From: Chloroflexota bacterium
Lineage (GTDB): Bacteria > Chloroflexota > Anaerolineae > J036 > Brachytrichaceae
DNA length: 64,000 bases
Assembly (NCBI GenBank): GCA_023488685.1
Contig: JAMDDR010000084.1
Location: forward strand, 1,916-65,915
Reading direction: 5' to 3'
The notes under the pieces are model-generated. The model saw nothing but the letters and a program-made list of their open reading frames with translations. It was not told the DNA's origin and ran no database searches. Below, piece by piece: positions 26,070 to 36,289 of the stretch; the stretch's first letter is position 1, and every line of letters begins with the position of its first letter. The position numbers were made by a program, and so were the translations under genes.

Positions 26070-28061
26070 ATGATGATGACGAAACCTCGCGCGCTGAAGC
26101 GCAACCTTCTCATTGCCGGCATCGCATTTGGTGTTTTCGTGTTATACGCACCATCTGTTCGGCTCATGCTTTTTCATGACGACGCGCCTGCCGCGCTCTG
26201 GATGACCGGTTATAACCCGATCAGCATCTTTGCCATGCGTGACGACATTGGCATCGCTGATCGCCCCATGGCCAATGTGCTGTGGGTCTTGACGCGCGAG
26301 TTGTTTGGCTGGTATATCCCGGCCATCACGCACATGTGGAACCTGTGCGCACATGTGCTGAACACCGTTTTGATCGCTGTGTTCGCCATCCGCCTGGGCC
26401 GTCTTTCCGGGTTACACAGCCCCGTATTTCCGCTCATTTGTGCGCTCATCCTGGGCCTTTTCCCCTTCTCTTACCAGGCGATCCTGTGGGCTAATGCGTT
26501 TTACCACCCCCTGGCGGCAATGTGGGGTTTGTTTATGCTGAACGCCTATTGGTTCGCGCGCAGCCGGCGCCAGGCACGCTGGTGGTTGTTGTGTGTCGTA
26601 CTCCTGGGCGCAGCCTGGCTTTCGCATGAGTCGGGCTTTATATTCGGTGTGCTGGTGCTTGGGCTGGAGTTGCTGCAAGTCCTGGTTGCCAGACAGCGTC
26701 CGAGCGTTGGTGCCATCGCCGTGGGTACATTGGGACTCATCTACCCGCTTGCCTACCGTCTGCTTCTGCCTCCAGTGTGGTTTGACGAAGTCGTGACCGT
26801 TGAGTCCGTGGTTTCGAACCTGATCTATTCCATGCAAGGTTTTGTGAGCTGGTTGTTGATCCTGGTTCGCGCACAGATAGGTCTGTCCGATGCAGTTGAC
26901 ACTATCATATTGGTGCTGTTCATCGGTAGTGTGGCGGCGGCGTCGATCTGGCTATTTCGTCAACGGAAGCTTCTTGTAGGCCTGTTTGCGCTGGCGTGTT
27001 GGGCAATCGCAACAGTGCCGTTATTACTGCTGGATACGTCGTACGTGCGTTTCAGCCCACGCTTGCTCTACATCGGTTCGATCGGCATAGCCCTGTTCTG
27101 GAGTATCGTGACGGTTACGCTCCTTGGCGTTATCCGTCGCCCTGGGCTACGAGCCGCCTTCGCAATCGCGCTGGTCGTGCTCTTTGCCTGGTGTGTGCCG
27201 TTTGTGGTTGACCGCCAGAACGAGACCGCCCGCCTCACACCGGCGATGAAATTGATTGATAACGATTTACACACGGCCAGTCCCGATGCGACCGTGCTGC
27301 TCATCAACATGCCGTATTGGAGTGCGCCCGCGTACCCCGCATTTCTCATCGGTTCGGAAGGAATGCCGATCTTTCAAAGCTCCGATACACCGGCCTGGTC
27401 GTGGCTGGCAGCAACCAGCGGAACGTGGCGTGAGATGAGCTACGTGCACCATGATATTTCCTTGACGCGGGGCGATCGCTATTTCTACGGGATCCCAGGC
27501 AAAATCGTCGACGATACGGCGCTACGTGCGCGAATCCTGTCGTCTAACTACACTTATCGCTTTGATTATGACTCGCCAGGGTTGCGTGCGCGCCGCCTGG
27601 CAATCATCGGTACTGACAAGACCACTGCGCCGCCGTTGGCCAAGCTGGCTGACGGTGAGACCAGCGCTGCCCTGCGTGAGGCGCATGCCGCCAGGTGCGC
27701 TGACCGCATCGCGCTTAACCTGACCTGGTCCGACGTGCGCAACATGGCGCAGCCGATAGGCGTCTTCGTGCACGTCTTCGACGAACAGGACCGCCAGGCA
27801 ATCGTGGCCGACCGCGACTTGATCGACGGGTATCTGCCGCTGGACCAGGTTCTGCCGAACGTCGTCATCACCGAGACGCGCGAGGTCACCATCCCTGCCA
27901 ACGTGGCAACAGTGAAGGACATCCGCCTCGGCGCATATCTGCGCTCGGATGGCAAGAGGCTGACAGCTACTCGCTCAGATGGTAGTGCCTGGGATGGCGA
28001 TGCGATCGTTGTGCCCATCCAGCCGGAGGACGAGGATCTGTGCCGCTTACTGGGTCGCTAG
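26070..28061 (+). CDS. GT-C-fold membrane glycosyltransferase-like protein, class B copy 2
   Basis: A clear paralogue of 21169-23208 along its whole length, e.g. FHDDAPA, HMWNLCAHVLNTVLIA, HHDISLTRGDRYFYGI and SNYTYRFDYDSPGLRARRLAII. ATG triplet at 26070-26078; the longest ORF starts at GTG 26055. Confidence 0.65.
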   Translation: MMMTKPRALKRNLLIAGIAFGVFVLYAPSVRLMLFHDDAPAALWMTGYNPISIFAMRDDIGIADRPMANVLWVLTRELFGWYIPAITHMWNLCAHVLNTVLIAVFAIRLGRLSGLHSPVFPLICALILGLFPFSYQAILWANAFYHPLAAMWGLFMLNAYWFARSRRQARWWLLCVVLLGAAWLSHESGFIFGVLVLGLELLQVLVARQRPSVGAIAVGTLGLIYPLAYRLLLPPVWFDEVVTVESVVSNLIYSMQGFVSWLLILVRAQIGLSDAVDTIILVLFIGSVAAASIWLFRQRKLLVGLFALACWAIATVPLLLLDTSYVRFSPRLLYIGSIGIALFWSIVTVTLLGVIRRPGLRAAFAIALVVLFAWCVPFVVDRQNETARLTPAMKLIDNDLHTASPDATVLLINMPYWSAPAYPAFLIGSEGMPIFQSSDTPAWSWLAATSGTWREMSYVHHDISLTRGDRYFYGIPGKIVDDTALRARILSSNYTYRFDYDSPGLRARRLAIIGTDKTTAPPLAKLADGETSAALREAHAARCADRIALNLTWSDVRNMAQPIGVFVHVFDEQDRQAIVADRDLIDGYLPLDQVLPNVVITETREVTIPANVATVKDIRLGAYLRSDGKRLTATRSDGSAWDGDAIVVPIQPEDEDLCRLLGR

Positions 28062-28125
28062 CGACGCGCGCCTAATATAATGCCCCTGTCAGACCGTTTA
28101 TTGGGTTCAAGAGGTGAGGAAAACT

Positions 28126-30045
28126 ATGTTGGAACAGGTGGCTCGAAATGGTACGGCGGCGGAGAAAGAGAACTCAAACGTGTACTACCCCTCAGCCGAT
28201 ATTGCTGATCGCGCGCATGTGGCAGATTGGGAAGCGGTGGCACAAGAGGCTCAGCAAGACCCTCCAAAATTCTGGGCGGAGCGTGCAGAGGAACTGGGTT
28301 GGTATCAGAAGTGGCGTACCGTTTTAGACGATAACGATAAGCCGTTCTATAAGTGGTTCGTCGGGGGCAGGACCAATATCGTCCACAATGCCATCGATCG
28401 CCACTTGCAAACATTTCGCAAAAACAAGCTGGCGTTCATCTGGCAGGGCGAGGATGGCAGCGAGCACTCCATGTCCTTCTTTTCGCTGAATCGTGAGGTG
28501 AGCAAGTTTGCCAATGTGCTCAAGGCTCTCGGTGCGCGAAAGGGTGATCGCGTCACCATTTACATGGGGCGTGTGCTTGAATTGCCAATTGCGATGCTGG
28601 CCTGCGCCAAGATTGGCGCAGTGCATTCCGTCGTTTATGGCGGTTTCTCCGTTGAGGCGTTACACAGCCGCATCGAAGATTCACAGAGCCGTATCCTCAT
28701 CACGTGTGATGGTGCTTTCCTGAATGGTAAGGTGGTTGAGCTGAAACAGATTGTGGATGAGGCTCTGAAACGAACAGCCGCCGTCGAAACGGTAGTGGTC
28801 TATAAACGCACGGGCAAACCCGTTCACATGGAGGAAGGGCGCGACTACTGGTGGCACGAGCTTATGGCGTTGCCCATCGCCAGCCCCAAGTGCGAGACTG
28901 AACAGATGGATGCCGAAGATCCTCTGTTTCTGCTGTATACCTCGGGGACGACGGGCCGGCCAAAGGCGCTGGTGCACACGCACGGCGGCTACAGCGTCGG
29001 CACGTATACGACGTTCAAGTATGTGTTTGACATCAATGACGAGGATCGTTACTGGTGTGCGGCTGACCCAGGCTGGATCACTGGTCACAGCTACATCGTG
29101 TATGCGCCGCTCATGAATGGCGCGACGAGCGTGATCTACGAGGGCGCGCCTACCTTCCCGTACCCGGATCGCTGGTGGCGTATCGTGGAGAAATATGGTG
29201 TCACGATCCTCTACACGGCGCCCACCGCTATTCGCGGTTTGATGCGCTTTGGCGAAGCCTGGCCGAACCGCTGTGACCTGTCCTCGCTTCGTCTACTCGG
29301 AAGTGTGGGTGAACCAATCAACCCCGAAGCGTGGCGGTGGTACTACAAGAACATCGGTAAAGAACGGTGCCCCATCATGGATACGTGGTGGCAGACGGAA
29401 ACCGGCATGTTCATGATCACACCAACGCCGACTGTGCCGTTAAAGCCTGGCAGCGCCACACGTCCGTTCTTCACCATCCAGGCCGAAGTGTTGGACGATC
29501 ATGGTCACCCAGTTCCGTCGAATGAGGAGGGCTACCTGGTCGTCACCACGCCATGGCCGGCCATGGCGCGCACCGTGTACAAGGACCCGGACCGCTATGT
29601 GGACACGTACTGGTCGAAGTACCCAGGCAAGTATTTCACCGGTGACTCCGCCCGTAGGGACGAGGATGGTTACTTCTGGATCATCGGACGCGTGGACGAC
29701 GTGATCAAAGTGAGTGGTTACCGGCTGGGCACGGCCGAGGTTGAGAGCGCGCTCGTATCACACCCTGCGGTGGCTGAAGCTGCGGCGATCGGTTTGCCGC
29801 ACGAGATCAAAGGTAATGCCATCTACACGTACGTGATCCTGCGGGGTGGTTTCGAGCCTACGGAGAAGCTGGCGGAAGAACTGCGCCAGCACGTCGGCAC
29901 CGAACTCGGCCCAATCGCCAAGCCAGAACATATCGAGTTTGTTCCTAAACTGCCCAAGACGCGCAGTGGAAAGATCATGCGTCGTTTGCTCAAGGCACGC
30001 GCGCAAGGGCTGCCAGAAGGGGATATTTCAACGCTGGAAGAGTAA
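28126..30045 (+). CDS. acs: acetyl-CoA synthetase (AMP-forming)
   Basis: YTSGTTGRPKA, TGDSARRDEDGYFWIIGRVDDVIKVSGYRLG and PKTRSGKIMRR motifs. ATG 28126 was chosen because GAGGTGAGGA lies 5-6 nt upstream; the longest ORF starts at GTG 28114. Confidence 0.9.
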   Translation: MLEQVARNGTAAEKENSNVYYPSADIADRAHVADWEAVAQEAQQDPPKFWAERAEELGWYQKWRTVLDDNDKPFYKWFVGGRTNIVHNAIDRHLQTFRKNKLAFIWQGEDGSEHSMSFFSLNREVSKFANVLKALGARKGDRVTIYMGRVLELPIAMLACAKIGAVHSVVYGGFSVEALHSRIEDSQSRILITCDGAFLNGKVVELKQIVDEALKRTAAVETVVVYKRTGKPVHMEEGRDYWWHELMALPIASPKCETEQMDAEDPLFLLYTSGTTGRPKALVHTHGGYSVGTYTTFKYVFDINDEDRYWCAADPGWITGHSYIVYAPLMNGATSVIYEGAPTFPYPDRWWRIVEKYGVTILYTAPTAIRGLMRFGEAWPNRCDLSSLRLLGSVGEPINPEAWRWYYKNIGKERCPIMDTWWQTETGMFMITPTPTVPLKPGSATRPFFTIQAEVLDDHGHPVPSNEEGYLVVTTPWPAMARTVYKDPDRYVDTYWSKYPGKYFTGDSARRDEDGYFWIIGRVDDVIKVSGYRLGTAEVESALVSHPAVAEAAAIGLPHEIKGNAIYTYVILRGGFEPTEKLAEELRQHVGTELGPIAKPEHIEFVPKLPKTRSGKIMRRLLKARAQGLPEGDISTLEE

Positions 30046-30057
30046 GTAAGTGTCGTG

Positions 30058-30087
30058 CTCCCCCTCCCGTAAAAAGGGGAGGGGGAG
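30058..30087 (+). terminator. G/C-rich 11-bp hairpin directly after acs (possible terminator or processing site, no U-tract)
   Basis: CTCCCCCTCCC - GTAAAAAG - GGGAGGGGGAG, beginning 13 nt after the acs stop. Confidence 0.45.
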
Positions 30088-30118
30088 TATAAATGATGCA
30101 AAGGATTGCCATTACACC

Positions 30119-32326
30119 GTGATACTTTCACGCTCCGTCGTTCCCCATGACTCACGCCGATATTCGCGGTTGTTCGTTGCCGGCATTGTGCTGGTTTTCG
30201 TGGCGTTGTGCGTGGCGTACAACGTAGCATTGCCGCTATTTGAGGCCCCCGATGAAGGCGCGCATTACATCTATGTTGACTACATCGCCCGCAACCGCGC
30301 GTTGCCGAGTATGGACGAACTGCCGTCGCACGAGGTGTCACAACCGCCGCTGTACTACGTCCTCAGCGCGCCGCTCATCGCCTGGATCGACCGGAGCGAC
30401 TTCAGTGAGGTATACCGGCCCAATCCCGGTCTGGATAATGGCATTGTCAACGATCATCTGCCGAAAGAACGACAGATGCCGCCCACCGGTGTGACCCTTG
30501 CGCTGCGCATGCTGCGACTTTTCTCAACTGTGCTGGGCGCCATCACAGTCGTCCTGGTGTATGCAACGGTGAAGGTCATGTTCAACAGCGAGGAGGTGGC
30601 GCTGCTCGCGATGGCCGTGACCGCGTTCAACCCCAAGTTCCTCCACATGAGCAGCCAGTTCAACAACGATATTGCGGTGGCCTGTGCGGCGGTGCTGAGC
30701 TTGTGGGTGGGTGTGCGTATGGTCAAACAACCCGGCGCGCCGTCGTGGCTGTCGTTGCTGGCCCTTGGCGCATCGGTTGGGGTGGCGACGGCGACCAAGT
30801 ACAGCGGCATGGCGCTGGCGGCTCCGGCTGCGTTCGTGGTTGCCTGGTGCGCCGTGAGCCAGGGACGGCGTGGGATGGGCACAACGCTGCGGCAAACAGC
30901 ACGTTCCGTTGTGCCGATCTTCCTCAAGTGGGGTGTCATTTGTGTCGTTGGGTTTGCGTTGACTGGGGGCTGGCTGTTGCTCTACAACATGTTACGTTAC
31001 GGTCACCCACTCGCGGCGACGCAGTTCCAACGCGCACACGCCCTCGGCATACGCCCGATCCCCCTTTCCCTGGAAGAAATCCTGGCGCGGCTCCCGAAAG
31101 TGCTCACCAGTTACTGGGGAGAGTTTGGCCACGGTGTGCAGTTCCCGCCCGCCGTCGATACCGTCATGATGGTGATCGCAGGTGTCGTGGCTGTGGGTGT
31201 GGTCATTGCACTGATCCGGCGTGAACTGCCGCAGGAGTTGAGTGTTCTCCTGGTCGTCGGGGTGGTTACCTTTGCCACGTTCATCATCTGGATGCGCAAT
31301 CAGACCGGCACCGAGAACAGCCGTCTGCTTTCGCCTGCATTTGCCGCGGTGTCGGCACTGAGCGCTGCCGGGTTGCTCGCGTGGCTCCCACGGCGTATCA
31401 GGGCGGCCGGAGTGGTGGTGTTGTCGGGGGTGAGCGTCGCCGGCGCGGTTGCCGGTCTCTTTTTATCGTTGATCGCAGGTTATGCGACACCGACCTATTT
31501 AACCGAGCTGGAAATCGCATCATTGCCCTCCCAGGCTGTGGCGCGGTTTGACAATGGTATTGAACTGGTGGCCGCATCCGTCAACCCCAACCGTATCGTT
31601 CCCGGGCATGAGCTTGAACTGAGTGCGTACTGGCGTGCCACGCAACCGATTACCGATGTGTACCGCGCCGTCGTGGAGGTGCGCGACGAACAGAACAGTC
31701 TGATCGGGCGGATGAGCCAGTTGCCTCTTGCCGGCCGGTATGCCACCACGCAGATGGAGGTGGGACGCGTCTTTCGCGACGAGTATCACCTGGAAATCAG
31801 CGCAACATCGCGCAGTGTGGCGCGTGTATTTATAGGTTGGTACCAACAGCGCCCGCCGAACACGGTATCGCACGTACAAGGGAGTGGTGCTGTTGGTGCG
31901 CAGGTCGGTCTGATCAAAGTGCGCGGCGCACAACCTGTCGCCATGATTCCTACGACGCCTTTCAGCAGCACATTCAGCAGTATCGCCGGTCTTGAAGGCT
32001 ATCAAGTGGAGGGTGATACGCTCACGTTATTCTGGCGTAGCCTGGGTGCACCCGCGCAGGATTACACCGTCTTCGTTCACGCGTTGGACCAGAATGGCCA
32101 GATCATCGGGCAGGCCGATGCGCCTATCGCATACCCCATGTCGCTGTGGGATGCGGGCGAGCAGATTGTCGATGAGCATCACGTGAGCGCAATCACTGGA
32201 GCCGCGACGTTGCGGATCGGGCTCTACGATCCGGCAACAGGACAACGCTTGTCCGTTCAGGATGCAGCCGGCACTCCCTGGCCAGACGACGCTGTCGATT
32301 TGCCTGTGGTCAAGGCCACTCCATGA
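30119..32326 (+). CDS. GT-C-fold membrane glycosyltransferase-like protein, class C copy 1 (PMT_2/ArnT-like), C-terminal module duplicated
   Basis: First-loop FEAPDEGAHY and QPPLYY, about 12 TM segments. C-terminal repeats: ELSAYWRAT... and LTLFWRSLGAPAQDYTVFVHALDQNGQ..QADAP..SLWDAGE..LRIGLYDPATGQRL. The start was set to GTG 30119, downstream of the acs hairpin; the longest ORF starts at 30050. Confidence 0.65.
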   Translation: MILSRSVVPHDSRRYSRLFVAGIVLVFVALCVAYNVALPLFEAPDEGAHYIYVDYIARNRALPSMDELPSHEVSQPPLYYVLSAPLIAWIDRSDFSEVYRPNPGLDNGIVNDHLPKERQMPPTGVTLALRMLRLFSTVLGAITVVLVYATVKVMFNSEEVALLAMAVTAFNPKFLHMSSQFNNDIAVACAAVLSLWVGVRMVKQPGAPSWLSLLALGASVGVATATKYSGMALAAPAAFVVAWCAVSQGRRGMGTTLRQTARSVVPIFLKWGVICVVGFALTGGWLLLYNMLRYGHPLAATQFQRAHALGIRPIPLSLEEILARLPKVLTSYWGEFGHGVQFPPAVDTVMMVIAGVVAVGVVIALIRRELPQELSVLLVVGVVTFATFIIWMRNQTGTENSRLLSPAFAAVSALSAAGLLAWLPRRIRAAGVVVLSGVSVAGAVAGLFLSLIAGYATPTYLTELEIASLPSQAVARFDNGIELVAASVNPNRIVPGHELELSAYWRATQPITDVYRAVVEVRDEQNSLIGRMSQLPLAGRYATTQMEVGRVFRDEYHLEISATSRSVARVFIGWYQQRPPNTVSHVQGSGAVGAQVGLIKVRGAQPVAMIPTTPFSSTFSSIAGLEGYQVEGDTLTLFWRSLGAPAQDYTVFVHALDQNGQIIGQADAPIAYPMSLWDAGEQIVDEHHVSAITGAATLRIGLYDPATGQRLSVQDAAGTPWPDDAVDLPVVKATP

Positions 32327-32470
32327 CGACAGCGCTGTCGTCTGTCCATGGCTTGCCGTCTGATTTCAGTGCCGAGAGCTGCGTCCCTGTGTCTAATTTT
32401 GTCCTAAAATGGAATCGGCCTCACTGCCAAGGCGGTCGAGTGCTAAAAACAAGCAGATTTCAGGAGCAAT

Positions 32471-33250
32471 ATGACACAGCAAATCAACGTCACTGTTTGG
32501 AGTGAGTATCGTCACGAAAAGACGCACCAGGAAGTCGCCAACGTTTACCCCAAAGGCATGCACGAGACCATCGCCGATGGGTTGCGCGCGTTCCCTGAAT
32601 TCACGGTTCGCACTGCCACCCTGGATGAACCTGAGCATGGGTTGACAAAGGACGTGCTCGCCAATACCGACGTGTTGACCTGGTGGGGACACATGGCACA
32701 CGGTGATGTCAAGGATGATATTGTCGAGCGAGTTGCCAGCCGGGTGTGGGATGGCATGGGCCTGATCGTGCTGCACTCGGGTCACTTCTCCAAAGTGTTC
32801 AAGCGCTTGATGGGTACGGATTGTGCGCTACGCTGGCGTGAGGCGAACGACAAGGAGCGCTTGTGGGTGGTCAACCCAGGTCACCCGATCGCCCAGGGCT
32901 TGCCGGATTATTTTGAACTGCCCCAGGAAGAAATGTACGGCGAGTACTTTGGCATCCCACAGCCGGACGAACTGGTCTTCGTAAGCTGGTTCACCGGGGG
33001 CGAAGTGTTCCGCAGCGGGTGCTGTTTCCATCGCGGCCAGGGCAAAGTGTTCTATTTCCGGCCCGGCCACGAGACCTATCCGACCTATTACAACCCCCTG
33101 GTGCGCCAGGTCATCACCAATGCCGTACGGTGGGCCGCGCCGACGACGGTGTCCAAGTTCACACGCAACCCCAACGGTCCTACCGCGCCGCTGGAGAAAA
33201 TGGAAGCCGCTGACCTGATGAAGAATGCCGGCCTGCACGGACTGGCCTAA
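32471..33250 (+). CDS. ThuA-like (trehalose-utilisation) domain protein
   Basis: 259 aa with [21 protein letters not shown] and [16 protein letters not shown], a typical ThuA pattern. Confidence 0.75.
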   Translation: MTQQINVTVWSEYRHEKTHQEVANVYPKGMHETIADGLRAFPEFTVRTATLDEPEHGLTKDVLANTDVLTWWGHMAHGDVKDDIVERVASRVWDGMGLIVLHSGHFSKVFKRLMGTDCALRWREANDKERLWVVNPGHPIAQGLPDYFELPQEEMYGEYFGIPQPDELVFVSWFTGGEVFRSGCCFHRGQGKVFYFRPGHETYPTYYNPLVRQVITNAVRWAAPTTVSKFTRNPNGPTAPLEKMEAADLMKNAGLHGLA

Positions 33251-33265
33251 ACCTGCTATCCCATG

Positions 33266-33294
33266 ATGTCCGGCATCTCGACGGTGCCGGACAT
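33266..33294. terminator. 10-bp hairpin between convergent genes
   Basis: ATGTCCGGCA - 9 nt - TGCCGGACAT, between the thuA-like stop and the class C copy 2 stop. Confidence 0.5.
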
Positions 33295-33296
33295 GC

Positions 33297-35522
33297 TCAT
33301 TTCAGTACGATACTGCCATCAGCCCAGTCGCTCCCATTGGATTTGAGCGCGCGAAAACGCTGGCCTGTGTCTGGGTCATAGACGCCTACCTGGATGGAAG
33401 CGGTCTGCGCTAGACCGGGTACCTCAATACGCTGTTCGAACAGCTCGCCCTGACTCCAATAGGCTGCGGAGTACTCAAAAGGAACATCGTGCTGCCTGGC
33501 GATCTTCTGTTGTGCGTCCAACCCGTGTACAAAGATGGTGTAATTCTTCGCCGGCTCGGTTGTCGCACGCCAGTTCAAGATGACGGTGTCGCTTTCAACG
33601 CGGGCAGACACCAGATCCGCCAGATTTTCCAGTGTAGCGAGCGGCGTTGTGTCGATCGGCGTGGTTGCTTCGGGGCCGCGAACTTTGATCCGCCCAATCT
33701 CAACACTGACGGATGGATTATCGACTGGTCGAATCAACCCCCCTCCATCCAGCCACCAGCCTACCAATATCCGCAAAACCTCTCCTTTACTGGTGTCGGG
33801 CGTGATCTGGTAATTCTCGCGCAACGGCCGGCCCACCTGCCACGCGCGGGGGACATAGCTATAGCGTATGACGGTGCCTGTATTCAGAGCCCCTACGGTC
33901 TTGTCCTGTGAGTTGCGTATGTCCAACATCAGGTGCGCTGAGGTGGTCAAGGGTGTCGTCGTGCGCCACACGACGCTCAATTCGATAGGGGAGCCACTAT
34001 CGATGCGCTGTTTTTGAAGTTGCACATCCAACAGCTCGATCCCATTCTCGAATCTGATCCGCCCGGCATCAGGGCGATTCAAGAGATTGCGCGCTTCGGC
34101 TTCATTTAAGTACTGTGGAAAGGCGTACATCTCGTTCAGCGAATCGTAAAGAGTGACCGATGTGAATAGACCATATACGACGGTCACGAACACGGCGAAT
34201 CCCTTTTGCCAGCGCTTCGGCACGAACACCAATATACCCATGGCAATCAGCAGGGTAATGGGGATGTACATGGGTGAGAAGAAGCGCATATTCTGCGTCG
34301 AATCGCGCGAGCTCATCCAGGAATAATAGGTGATGATGTTCACCACGATTGCGGCTAGCATTGGCCAGTAGGCAGCGCCCAGCCTACGCCGTACCATCAG
34401 CCATACCGCGCCTGCTATACCCACCAGAAACACGGCGTACATGAACTCGTTGTGCCGGTTAGGCCAGGTGAAGATGAAGCCCGGGTGTGCAAAATAGCTC
34501 TTTAAGATGAACGGCAACCATTCCAATGTGTTTTGCAGCGTGCGTGGTGTTGTCAGGTTGGCCGGGTTCATCTCGTTGACCCGATTCCATGCCAGGAGGT
34601 CGCCGTAAAGTTGCCAGTTGTGCACGAAGTAAGCGCCGGTGACTAGCAAGGCGCCTGCGGCTAATAACGCGCCGTTGAGGAACAGCCACCTCAATGAATG
34701 CCGCGATCGGATCATGCGCACGAGGATGGCAAATGCGGCGGCAACCACGACGACCCCGCCGCTATATTTCGTCAACAGCGTCAAACCAGCCAGTATCCCC
34801 AACAGAAATGAATGAGTGAACGGTGGCTCTTTCTCCGTTAAGGTGAAATGGACAACCAATAGGAGTGTCAGTGCTGCCATGCACCCGACTGCCATGTCGT
34901 TCGAAATGGCGCCGCTGAGCACCAGGTTACGCGGGTTGAACGCCAACAGTGTCGTTGTGAGCACGGCAATTTCGGCTCGCCGGGTCAATTTGAGGGTGAT
35001 GTAATACGCGCAGATGACGACGACGGCTCCCATCAGCACCGTGGCAAAGCGTACGAGGTGCCCGGCCAACACCTGGCCGGTGCCCAGGCTCCCGTCATCG
35101 CTGGGTAAGTAGTTCCCGTACATCCCGTTGGGTGCGCCACCTTGTAAGAGCACTTGCTCTTGCATCAGGTCGCCTCGCGGGATCAACGCAACCAACCGGC
35201 CCATGAGCATGTAATACAACGGCGGTTGGGTCGCTTCATGGGTCTGCCAATAGGGCGCGGCGCTATCGCCAGTGGTGAAGTGCTTGTTCAGGTTGGGCAG
35301 CGGGCGGCCGAGTGCGTAATGCTCCACATATGCGTAGTGCCAGCCCTCATCTGCCCCCTGATAGAGCGGTGTTTTGAGGCTGACCATGACTCCCAGCACG
35401 ACGAAGATGCCGGTTATGGCCCAGGCGAGAATGGGTGAGGCCACTACGAGCGCGTTAGCGCGCGTGAACCAGTGGCTAACGGTATGTGAGGTTGCTGCCA
35501 GCGATGGGTGACCGGTTCGCAT
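33297..35522 (-). CDS. GT-C-fold membrane glycosyltransferase-like protein, class C copy 2
   Basis: 741 aa with YQGADEGWHY and QPPLYY. C-terminal repeats: IELSVVWRTT... and VILNWRATTEPAKNYTIFVHGLDAQQ..RQHD..AYWSQGE..IQVGVYDPDTGQRF. Confidence 0.65.
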   Translation of the reverse strand: MRTGHPSLAATSHTVSHWFTRANALVVASPILAWAITGIFVVLGVMVSLKTPLYQGADEGWHYAYVEHYALGRPLPNLNKHFTTGDSAAPYWQTHEATQPPLYYMLMGRLVALIPRGDLMQEQVLLQGGAPNGMYGNYLPSDDGSLGTGQVLAGHLVRFATVLMGAVVVICAYYITLKLTRRAEIAVLTTTLLAFNPRNLVLSGAISNDMAVGCMAALTLLLVVHFTLTEKEPPFTHSFLLGILAGLTLLTKYSGGVVVVAAAFAILVRMIRSRHSLRWLFLNGALLAAGALLVTGAYFVHNWQLYGDLLAWNRVNEMNPANLTTPRTLQNTLEWLPFILKSYFAHPGFIFTWPNRHNEFMYAVFLVGIAGAVWLMVRRRLGAAYWPMLAAIVVNIITYYSWMSSRDSTQNMRFFSPMYIPITLLIAMGILVFVPKRWQKGFAVFVTVVYGLFTSVTLYDSLNEMYAFPQYLNEAEARNLLNRPDAGRIRFENGIELLDVQLQKQRIDSGSPIELSVVWRTTTPLTTSAHLMLDIRNSQDKTVGALNTGTVIRYSYVPRAWQVGRPLRENYQITPDTSKGEVLRILVGWWLDGGGLIRPVDNPSVSVEIGRIKVRGPEATTPIDTTPLATLENLADLVSARVESDTVILNWRATTEPAKNYTIFVHGLDAQQKIARQHDVPFEYSAAYWSQGELFEQRIEVPGLAQTASIQVGVYDPDTGQRFRALKSNGSDWADGSIVLK

Positions 35523-35575
35523 CAGGCGTTTTTATATTGGTATTGCCGGCGTATCGCCGGCGCATCAACGACACA

Positions 35576-36277
35576 TCAACGACGCTTCCCAAAGATCCGT
35601 AGCAGCCGGATAAACAGGTTGATGAAATCAAGGTACAGGGCCAATGCGCCGATCACGGCAGCCTTGCGTTGTGCGTCGCCATCCTCGCTCACGCCGTAGG
35701 CCATGCGCTTGATGCGTTGGGTGTCGTAGGCGATCAATCCGACAAATACGATGACGCCCACAAAGGTTAATACCCAGTACAGCCCGCTGCTGTTTAAGAA
35801 GAAGTTGACGAATGACGCCAGGATGATGCCAATGAGTCCCATGAACAGCAAATTGCCTATGCTGGTCAAGTCGCGTTTGGTAACGTAACCGTAGGCGCTG
35901 ACCAGGGCAAATGTCCCGGCTGTGATCAAGAAGACCTGTGCGATGGATTCTGTGGTGTAAACGTAGAACAGCAGCGCGAACGTGATGCCTGTCAGTGCCG
36001 AATAGACGATGAACAAACCAGTGGCCACGCCTGCGTTAAGCTTGCCGATCGCCGCGCTGAGGACGACCACCAGCACCAACTGTGCAATGACGATGCCCAG
36101 CAGGAGGGGTGTGCCGGCGATGGCTGTGATGAAGTCCGGGTTGGTTGCTGTTGCATAAGCCACCAGGCCGGTGATGGACAAAGCCAGTGCCATCCAGCCA
36201 TACACTTTGGTGATGAAATTGCGCTCAACTGCCTGATCGACCACGATATTGGATTGACTGACGCTGAAACGATTCAT
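35576..36277 (-). CDS. Bax-inhibitor-1/YccA family membrane protein
   Basis: 233 aa from ATG 36277 (MNRFSVSQ...) with FITKVYGWMALAL, seven hydrophobic segments and the basic tail RLLRIFGKRR. Confidence 0.75.
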   Translation of the reverse strand: MNRFSVSQSNIVVDQAVERNFITKVYGWMALALSITGLVAYATATNPDFITAIAGTPLLLGIVIAQLVLVVVLSAAIGKLNAGVATGLFIVYSALTGITFALLFYVYTTESIAQVFLITAGTFALVSAYGYVTKRDLTSIGNLLFMGLIGIILASFVNFFLNSSGLYWVLTFVGVIVFVGLIAYDTQRIKRMAYGVSEDGDAQRKAAVIGALALYLDFINLFIRLLRIFGKRR

Positions 36278-36289
36278 GAAATACCTCGT

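Noticed and set aside
30050-30118. The longest-ORF start of class C copy 1 at GTG 30050, 4 nt after acs.
   Set aside because: This segment is occupied by an 11-bp perfect G/C hairpin. Its translation (SCSPSRKKGRGS...) has no counterpart in the C2 and C3 paralogues.
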